A DNA stretch of 32,297 nucleotides, taken from IMG/VR virus record IMGVR_UViG_3300037851_000586, positions 1 to 32,297 of that record. One strand, written 5' to 3'. Below, piece by piece: positions 25,967 to 32,297 of the stretch (position 1 is its first letter; each line of letters starts with the position of its first letter). The position numbers and the translations under genes were made by a program. The notes under the pieces are model-generated. The model worked only from the letters and a program-made list of their open reading frames with translations, was not told where the DNA came from and did not search any database. Source of the stretch: a virus. Its lineage: Duplodnaviria; Caudoviricetes.

Positions 25967-25980
25967 ATTACCCCGATTCG

Positions 25981-26448
25981 TTATGTGAAGCTCACGGTAT
26001 AGGTTACGTTCACCGCCTGATTGGTCGCGACCGTGCTGCTGGCATACGTATTGCCCGCGAATAGCGTCCCGTTGCTGCTGCTGTTGAACAGCCCGATGTT
26101 GCTGATGTTGCGGCTAGCGGTCACGAAGTTGTCGCTAGACGCGAACGTGGCAGTCAGTTGCAGCGCCTTGCTGCTGCTCGAGGTCGCCGCGGTGACGGCC
26201 TTGCGTACGGCCTCACCTAGCTCGCCGGACAACGTCGTATCCGCCGCCGCCGGTGCGCCGCCGGTGCCAAGCGCCACATGCGACACGTACTTGCTGCCGC
26301 TGATACTGCCGAGCGCCGACACCAGGAACTGGTTGAATCCCAGATTGGTGATCTGGTTCTCCAACCACCCGCTGTCGCCGACCACGGTCCCGTCGTCATC
26401 CGCCACATGTACGCGGAACATGCCGCGCACCTTGATCCCTTCCTGCAT
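25981..26448 (-). CDS. Small fibre-associated structural protein (155 aa)
   Basis: NQITNLG...HVALGTG...ADTTLSGEL...TATF...IGLFNSSSNGTLFA...VTYTVSF resembles phage collar/fibre-base beta-sandwich proteins. Confidence 0.7.
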   Translation of the reverse strand: MQEGIKVRGMFRVHVADDDGTVVGDSGWLENQITNLGFNQFLVSALGSISGSKYVSHVALGTGGAPAAADTTLSGELGEAVRKAVTAATSSSSKALQLTATFASSDNFVTASRNISNIGLFNSSSNGTLFAGNTYASSTVATNQAVNVTYTVSFT

Positions 26449-26451
26449 TGT

Positions 26452-29400
26452 CTAACCCTCCCCGATGGTATAGGTGCGGTCCTCGTAGGCTACCGCAAAT
26501 GTCCGGTCATCCCATTCGACCGCGAACGTGCGGTCATCCTGCGCTATGGCAAATGTCCTGCCGTCCGGCGTGACAATTGACCCCACAAACAGCCATACAG
26601 CATCGGCCACGGCGACGGCGTCTGCGATGCCCAGGAAGTAGGCGTTCACGCCCATCTGCGGCGTGTCCGTAACGGCGACTGCGTCGCTTGCCGTCAGGTT
26701 CCACAGGTCGAAGAAGTGGCCGACCGTTTCGCCCGCGGCCACCGCATCTGCAACCGACACCGACAGCGGCGCGCTCAGCAGCGGCGTGTCGGTGACGGTG
26801 ACCACGTCGCCGACAGACAGCGCCCGCCCGACATCCAGCGTGACCGTCTCGGCAATCGTCACCGTCTCGGTGACGCTGGCGAGCGCCGCACCCGTGACGC
26901 CGAATACCGTCTCGGTCACAATCACCGTCTCGGTGACGGTGATGCTGATTGCGCCCGCAGTCCCGATGCTGACCGATACCGTCTCGCCTACGGTCACGGC
27001 CTCGACCACGCTAACCTGCGGTGCGCTAACCGTCAGGCTTGCGGTGTCCGTCGCCGCCGTCGCGTCGCTCACGCTGACGTCGGTTGCGCCAAGCGCCGGT
27101 AGGTTCACCGTGGCCGCATCGGTCGCGACTACAGTATCACTCGCCGCAATTGACAGATTGGCAACTAACGTGGTCGGTGCGTCTGTCGCTACGACCGCGT
27201 CGCTCACGCCAACCGGCAGCGACGGCAACAGCGCCGCTACAGTGTCCGTGGCTACGACCGCGTCGGCTACGTTGACGTAGTACTGGCCCTCGAGTTGCCG
27301 CACGACCGTCGCGCTGTCCGCCGCTGCGGTGACGTCCGTGACGCTGACCTGCGGATCACTGACCGCGACCGTGGTCGTTTCGCTTGCCGTGGCGCTGTCG
27401 GCCACGTTGACCTGCGGCGCGCCGGTCGCAACCGTGGCCGCGTCGCTGACCGCCGTGCTATCGCTAACCGACGCCTGCGGCGCGGATACCGCCGCGGCAG
27501 GGCTGTCGCTGACCGCAGCGCTATCGCTAACCGCCACGCCGCCCAGCGCCGGAACTGCCACGGTCGGTGTGTCCGCGGCCACGGCCGCGTCGCTCACGTT
27601 GACGTCCAGCGCGCCCGTCACGCTGATGGACACCGTCGGCGCGTCCGTGACCGTGACCGCTTCCGATACTCTGATTAGCGGCGTGAAGCTGTCGAGCGTG
27701 CCCAGCGTCTGCGAGACGATTGAGTAGTCGTCGCTATCAATCGTCAACGTGACCGCAGCGTGCGTGTCCGCCGTGAAGTTAACGCCGCTGACGTTGGTCA
27801 TGTTGCGCGTGTCGTCAATCACGCCCAAATACCACGTCGCCGCGCTGCTGTCGTAGTAGTCCGCAATCACGCGCAGCGTCGTGTTCGGCGTATCCTCGAG
27901 CCAGCGCACACGGATGATGTCATTGCGCCCTGGGATGCGCTGCCCCGACGTGTGGTCCACCGGCAGTTGCCACGTCGCATATTGCACCGCGGACAACGTC
28001 CAGGACTCGTACACCAGATCGACCGTGCTACCCTGGTAGACCGGCACGATCTCGAGATTCTCCTCGAACGCGACGCTCTTGCGGAACCCGATCATCGGAC
28101 CGAAGAACTCGCCCACGCCCTCGGGCGGCCACGGCGGAGTAACGCCGCCGACCCACTCGATGACGACCTGCGCCCAGCCGCCCGACAGGTCCGGCATGCG
28201 CTCGTGGTTGACGCCCGACTGCAAGCGCGATTCGGCGTAGAGACCATACGTCGCGTCGAGTGTGTTTTGCGTCTCCCACGTGCTGTAGTGGAACCCGACG
28301 TTCTCGCCGCTCTGGTCGGTAAACGACTTCGTGTACAGCGTGCCCGTGGGCCGGTTGTCCGTGCCGCTAGGCGTGCTGGCGGTCGAACGCAGACACCAGT
28401 CGTCCACATAGACGGTCAGGTCGTCCGCACTGTTGGTACGGACGATGCCCATCTCCAACCGGTCGTAGTTCGTGCCCGACGTGCCGCGCGTGAACCATCC
28501 GTAGAACACGCCGTTGATCAGAAACGCAAACGCACGGTCCAGGTCGCCCGTGTTCTGGCTCCACAGCCCAATCTCGACCTCGACCCACTGGTCGGTCGGG
28601 AGCGTGGCGGACACCTCGTAGACGTGGTTCGCGCCGTTTGTATGCCCGACAAATGCCAGCTCCGCGTTCTCCAACAACCGCAGGTAGAACCCGTTGCCGC
28701 TCGATGACGGGTAGATGCCCGCAAGGTCTATGTACTCCGTGGTCGTAATGGCGGACGCCGTGGCTGACGGTACGTACAGCCGCGCCCGCTGCCACGTGTA
28801 CTCCGCCGTGGACGACGGTACGGACGACCACGAGGACGAGTAGTCCGCATCACGCAATGCCGCCGTAGCGCTGCTGTTCGTCGTGCTGCACAGCGCGCTG
28901 TACGTGCCCGCATACGCCTGCGCGCTAGAGCGTGTGACCGTGCTGCCCGCGCCGGACGTGACCTGCGTGAGTGACCAGAACGCGGGATCGTACTCGAAGC
29001 GCTCCCACGTGTACCCGGGTGATGTGACCGTCGGGTAGTCGGACACCGCGGCCGCGTCGCTCACGCTGACGGCCAGCGTATCGCCCGGCAGGGCGACCGT
29101 GGCCGTGTCCGTAACCGTCGTGCTGTCCGTCACGCCGATGTACAGTTGCGGGACCAACAGCGTGACCGTCTCGGCCACTGCCGCACTGTCGCTCGCGCTT
29201 AGCCCGTATTCGGTTGTGATCGAGACGCTGAGCGCAACCGCTTCGCTGACGATTGCGCTGTCGCTCGTCGTCACCTGCGGACTGCGATACTCCAACACGA
29301 TCTGACCGGCAGCGTAGTAGTCCGCATTGCCCGCCGTCGCCGTGACGGTCCCCGTCGCTCCCGCCGCCGTGTACAGACTGTCCGACAGCGTGATGCTGAT

Positions 29401-30660
29401 GTTGCTCGTGCCCGTACCGCTGCGCAGGTCTACACGTTCGGTGTACGCCTGCGGCGACGTCGGCGCGGTCCACGTCGTGCCGTACATGTTCGACGCCACA
29501 TGCACCACACGCGCATTCGCACGCGCCGTGGTCACGGTCGGCGCAGACGCCGATGCGCTGCTCGTGTTGACGTCGCTGACCGCCGACGTGACCGGGTCGT
29601 CGGCGTTGAAGTAGCCGACAATCATGCCCGCCCACTCGTAGCCGGTGACTACCGTCCACGTCCAGTTGGACGTGCTGTCATCGGCGGACGTGAGCCGATA
29701 CCAGTACGTGCGCTGCGTGTGCGTGCGCGTACCGATGGTCTCGGTGTAGATTTGTTGCCAACCGGACGGCGGCGTAACCGATGGACCCGCACTCTCCCAC
29801 GCTATCGCGGCAATCAGCAGGTCGCCCGCCGCCACGCCCGCAGGTTTGTTAATCGTGCAACTCGTCGAAGCGGTGGTCGCGCTGTTGGTCGCATGGGCGA
29901 TGTACAGCGGCGCGCTGCTGTCGCGCTTTAGCGACGGCGCGTCCGTGACGGCCACACTGTCCGTCACGCTGATGACAACCGCGCCCTCGGTCGGCACGCT
30001 GAGCGACGGCGTGTCCGTGACCGTCGCACTGTCGCTGACGCTACGGTACAGTTGCGGCACCAGCAGCGTCACCGTCTCGCTGACCGCCGTGCTGTCGCTA
30101 ACCGACGGGTTGCCGCTACTGCTGAGGTTGCCGCCTTCCCAGTTGTCGCCCGTGCCGCCGCTGACCTCGTATCCGGATAGACCGGCATAACCGGATGAGA
30201 TGGAGCTGTCGGTCTGCGCGCCGATGGTGCTATACGTCGAGCCGTTGCGCTTGGGCGTCAGCGTCGTGCCGGATACCTCCAACCGCAGGACGTCGCTGTT
30301 GCTCCATGCGCCGCCCGCGCTGCCGATCTGCGTCCAGGTCCCCGATACAATCTTGTACAGATACGATTCTGTGACACCGGCGTATAGTCCATACCCCGTC
30401 GCCGCCGATGCATGGCAGCGCACGGCAACGCCGATGTAGCTCGAGTCAACCGAGGTTATGGACACCTGCGCGTACTGGTTCGCATCGAACGTATCCGCGT
30501 TCCAGTGCGCCATGTCCTCGCCGCCGCCGCCGTCTGCACGCACCGTGTCCGTGCTGGCGGTAACGGCAAACGCGCCACTGTTTGCCGTCCAGTTGGCGCT
30601 ATATGCGGTCAGACTCTGGTCGGTGCCGGTGGTAAATGTGTCGGTCGCCGGAAGCGCCAT
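26452..30660 (-). CDS. Large multi-domain fibre/adhesin-like virion protein (1402 aa)
   Basis: Three to four aromatic-rich beta-sandwich (lectin/lyase-like) domains separated by VSD-x-x-x-V-x-D repeats; C-terminal DRTFAV-type repeats; no signal peptide or TM segment seen. Confidence 0.8.
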   Translation of the reverse strand: MALPATDTFTTGTDQSLTAYSANWTANSGAFAVTASTDTVRADGGGGEDMAHWNADTFDANQYAQVSITSVDSSYIGVAVRCHASAATGYGLYAGVTESYLYKIVSGTWTQIGSAGGAWSNSDVLRLEVSGTTLTPKRNGSTYSTIGAQTDSSISSGYAGLSGYEVSGGTGDNWEGGNLSSSGNPSVSDSTAVSETVTLLVPQLYRSVSDSATVTDTPSLSVPTEGAVVISVTDSVAVTDAPSLKRDSSAPLYIAHATNSATTASTSCTINKPAGVAAGDLLIAAIAWESAGPSVTPPSGWQQIYTETIGTRTHTQRTYWYRLTSADDSTSNWTWTVVTGYEWAGMIVGYFNADDPVTSAVSDVNTSSASASAPTVTTARANARVVHVASNMYGTTWTAPTSPQAYTERVDLRSGTGTSNISITLSDSLYTAAGATGTVTATAGNADYYAAGQIVLEYRSPQVTTSDSAIVSEAVALSVSITTEYGLSASDSAAVAETVTLLVPQLYIGVTDSTTVTDTATVALPGDTLAVSVSDAAAVSDYPTVTSPGYTWERFEYDPAFWSLTQVTSGAGSTVTRSSAQAYAGTYSALCSTTNSSATAALRDADYSSSWSSVPSSTAEYTWQRARLYVPSATASAITTTEYIDLAGIYPSSSGNGFYLRLLENAELAFVGHTNGANHVYEVSATLPTDQWVEVEIGLWSQNTGDLDRAFAFLINGVFYGWFTRGTSGTNYDRLEMGIVRTNSADDLTVYVDDWCLRSTASTPSGTDNRPTGTLYTKSFTDQSGENVGFHYSTWETQNTLDATYGLYAESRLQSGVNHERMPDLSGGWAQVVIEWVGGVTPPWPPEGVGEFFGPMIGFRKSVAFEENLEIVPVYQGSTVDLVYESWTLSAVQYATWQLPVDHTSGQRIPGRNDIIRVRWLEDTPNTTLRVIADYYDSSAATWYLGVIDDTRNMTNVSGVNFTADTHAAVTLTIDSDDYSIVSQTLGTLDSFTPLIRVSEAVTVTDAPTVSISVTGALDVNVSDAAVAADTPTVAVPALGGVAVSDSAAVSDSPAAAVSAPQASVSDSTAVSDAATVATGAPQVNVADSATASETTTVAVSDPQVSVTDVTAAADSATVVRQLEGQYYVNVADAVVATDTVAALLPSLPVGVSDAVVATDAPTTLVANLSIAASDTVVATDAATVNLPALGATDVSVSDATAATDTASLTVSAPQVSVVEAVTVGETVSVSIGTAGAISITVTETVIVTETVFGVTGAALASVTETVTIAETVTLDVGRALSVGDVVTVTDTPLLSAPLSVSVADAVAAGETVGHFFDLWNLTASDAVAVTDTPQMGVNAYFLGIADAVAVADAVWLFVGSIVTPDGRTFAIAQDDRTFAVEWDDRTFAVAYEDRTYTIGEG
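26465..26570 (-). repeat. Four tandem 8-aa (24-nt) coding repeats: DGRTFAIA-QDDRTFAV-EWDDRTFAV-AYEDRTYTI
   Basis: Visible in the translation of the fibre C-terminus. Confidence 0.85.
26600..27680 (-). repeat. Ser/Thr/Ala/Val stalk of degenerate ~20-25-aa repeats (V-S/A-D-x-x-x-x-x-D/E-T); shorter blocks at ~29040-29280 and ~29930-30110
   Basis: Recurrent VSDAAVAADTPTV, VSDSTAVSDAATV, VTETVTIAETVT units; boundaries approximate. Confidence 0.85.
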
Positions 30661-30663
30661 GCG

Positions 30664-31254
30664 CTACAACTCCACGGTCCCCATATGGACCACGCGGTTT
30701 GCCCACACGTCGCCGAACGTCCTGTAAATCTGCCGCAGCGTGACGGTCCCCGTCACGCCGGACGTGTCAATGCCCAACTCCGCGGCGGTGTCGAGCAGGA
30801 ACTGCTGCCCCTGCGCCGGTATCTCCTGCCACGTGCTGTCGAGACTGTACCCGTCGGGCACAATCGGCACGCCAAACTTGCCGTGCAACCGCTGGGCGTA
30901 CTGGAAGACGCCAATCACCGTCCGCAGCACGGTGCGCCACGCGTCCGCAGACTGCACCCAGTTGCCGGGTATCTGCAACGCCTCCAGCGCCGCACGCGTG
31001 CCGGTCACGGCGCTGCCGACCGTATCGTCTACGTTGGCATGTAGCACGATATGGCGGCAGTCAGCGTTGGCGATCAGCCCGTTGTGCTGCGTCGTACTCA
31101 CGTCGGCCCACAGCACGGCCACGGGCATGAGGCCGTAGTCCTGCATGGCCCACGGCACGTCAAGCCCGGTCGGGTTCATACGCCAGCGCAAGTACTTCGG
31201 ACCACGGTAGTTGCCCTGCACGGCCAGCGCCATTGCGTACCAGCGGATCGCCAT
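30664..31254 (-). CDS. Hypothetical protein (196 aa), first gene of the fibre module
   Basis: ATG with GAGG upstream; stops 3 nt before the fibre start. Confidence 0.75.
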   Translation of the reverse strand: MAIRWYAMALAVQGNYRGPKYLRWRMNPTGLDVPWAMQDYGLMPVAVLWADVSTTQHNGLIANADCRHIVLHANVDDTVGSAVTGTRAALEALQIPGNWVQSADAWRTVLRTVIGVFQYAQRLHGKFGVPIVPDGYSLDSTWQEIPAQGQQFLLDTAAELGIDTSGVTGTVTLRQIYRTFGDVWANRVVHMGTVEL

Positions 31255-31310
31255 GTTTTGTGTGCCTCATGTACCGATAATCTGCTACAACGTCACTACG
31301 CAATCTGCGG

Positions 31311-32054
31311 TCACACGACCGGCAGATACAGCTCCGTGCGTTCCCGCAATGCCACGTAGCGCCGACCTAGCTCGGTCAAATTGCCGTCGTGGTCGGCCAG
31401 GCCGGATTGCGACCATGCCAGCGACCTGGTATAGTCCAGACCCGCATACCAGTACGCCATCACGTCGTTGCGCTCATGCAAATACTCCATCAACCGCAAC
31501 TGGTCGGCGAAGTCGGTAGACCACGCCAACGTCTCGGTGATGGCCACGGGTCCGGTTAACCCGTGGTGCGCCAGCCAGTCCCCAAAATTGTCGTAGCATT
31601 CTGACCACTCGTCCGGCGTACGTGGCCCGTAAATATGAACATGCCATGCGCCCGTGACCGGACCGCCGCACGCCAGATACTCCTCCAGCCACCGGTAGCC
31701 GTCTGCGTCCCAGACCACGCCAGGGATTGCGACTGACGCATTCGGCGCTGCCGTCTGTAGACGTCTAACCGCTTCGGCGAACTGACGGGGGGCAGTGGCG
31801 CTCTGGTCGCTGCGGTCCGGTTCGTTGCCCGCATACCACGCGCATCCGGATTGCGCCATCAGCGCACACGCTGCAGCAAACGGCTTGGTCGGATAGCCCG
31901 TGTCGTCGGCGTTGCAGCGCCACAGCATCGGCGTGTAGCCCGCCACGCCGTAGTCATGTTTCCAGTTGTACCAGACCGGTTGCCCCAACCGGCTCAGTAC
32001 ACGCTCGGTCCAGTCCTCGCCCATCTGCCACGGCATCGCCACGCCAAGCGTCAT
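31311..32054 (-). CDS. GH128-like (clan GH-A) glycoside hydrolase with C-terminal YLPVV (247 aa)
   Basis: WYNW, YTPMLW, GNEPD (acid/base), WHVHIY, VAITET (nucleophile), LTELGRRY; ATG 32054 overlaps the upstream TGA. Confidence 0.75.
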   Translation of the reverse strand: MTLGVAMPWQMGEDWTERVLSRLGQPVWYNWKHDYGVAGYTPMLWRCNADDTGYPTKPFAAACALMAQSGCAWYAGNEPDRSDQSATAPRQFAEAVRRLQTAAPNASVAIPGVVWDADGYRWLEEYLACGGPVTGAWHVHIYGPRTPDEWSECYDNFGDWLAHHGLTGPVAITETLAWSTDFADQLRLMEYLHERNDVMAYWYAGLDYTRSLAWSQSGLADHDGNLTELGRRYVALRERTELYLPVV

Positions 32055-32149
32055 TCCGGCCATCCCCGTATAAACAGCGGCGCTAGCGCCACGACCAGGA
32101 ATACCGCCACGGCCACCAGGCACGCCATGTCCCACACGTTGTCGCTCAT
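32051..32149 (-). CDS. 32-aa single-TM peptide (MSDNVWDMACLVAVAVFLVVALAPLFIRGWPE)
   Basis: ATGA overlaps at both ends; one hydrophobic helix. Confidence 0.55.
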   Translation of the reverse strand: MSDNVWDMACLVAVAVFLVVALAPLFIRGWPE

Positions 32150-32297
32150 GCGTGCGCCTCGTCCCACAGCGCGCCAACATAGTTCCCGTTGCCGTTTGCG
32201 GACGGCTCTACCACCGGCAGACAATGCGGCGAAAACCACACCGTCTCCCGATACCGGTTCCCGTTGTCTCTCTCCTTACGCGTACTCGTATAGCCGT
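32146..32297 (-). CDS. 3' end of a gene cut by the window edge; probable phage DNA adenine methyltransferase
   Basis: My own translation: GYTSTRKERDNGNRYRETVWFSPHCLPVV...AHA*; NRxRExxWFSPHC is a C-terminal motif I recall from phage D12-class adenine MTases; catalytic motifs are outside the window. Confidence 0.55.
   Translation of the reverse strand, partial: GYTSTRKERDNGNRYRETVWFSPHCLPVVEPSANGNGNYVGALWDEAHA

Noticed and set aside
31255-31310. Possible late promoter with a GCAGATT direct repeat
   Set aside because: It is one of the few intergenic gaps, but has no convincing -35/-10 pair, and a 7-mer repeat is weak evidence.
1-32297. Prophage boundaries, integrase/att sites, tRNA or rRNA genes
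   Set aside because: None recognised; the window looks entirely phage-derived, so lifestyle cannot be determined.

Overview
The window is a ~32 kb fragment of a GC-rich, lambda/HK97-like siphovirus genome. A Chloroflexota host is plausible but inferred only from a C-terminal YLPVV motif and overall gene style. Bases 1-3190 (+ strand) hold small early-type genes, including an ERF-family ssDNA annealing protein; three of them are preceded by a repeated hairpin+Shine-Dalgarno element with the loop GGCATCGTA. Bases 3239-32297 (- strand) are one long late region. In transcription order it encodes a partial probable DNA adenine MTase, a GH128-like glycoside hydrolase, and an unusual pre-terminase module (196-aa protein, 1402-aa multi-domain Ser/Thr/Val-repeat fibre, 155-aa protein, SAM methyltransferase, GT-A glycosyltransferase, 103-aa adaptor-like protein). 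TerS, TerL, portal, MuF, gp10-like, protease-capsid fusion and decoration genes follow, then neck genes with a second glycosyltransferase inserted, tail tube, frameshifted tail chaperones, tape measure, tail tip and fibre genes. The best candidate for an undescribed system is a virion fibre/glycosylation module. Other notable signals are a probable +1 frameshift fusing portal to MuF, a nested capsid start, and strong depletion of RTCGAY. All product calls come from motif recognition and synteny, not database searches. I recognised no integrase, lysis cassette, tRNA or CRISPR array.
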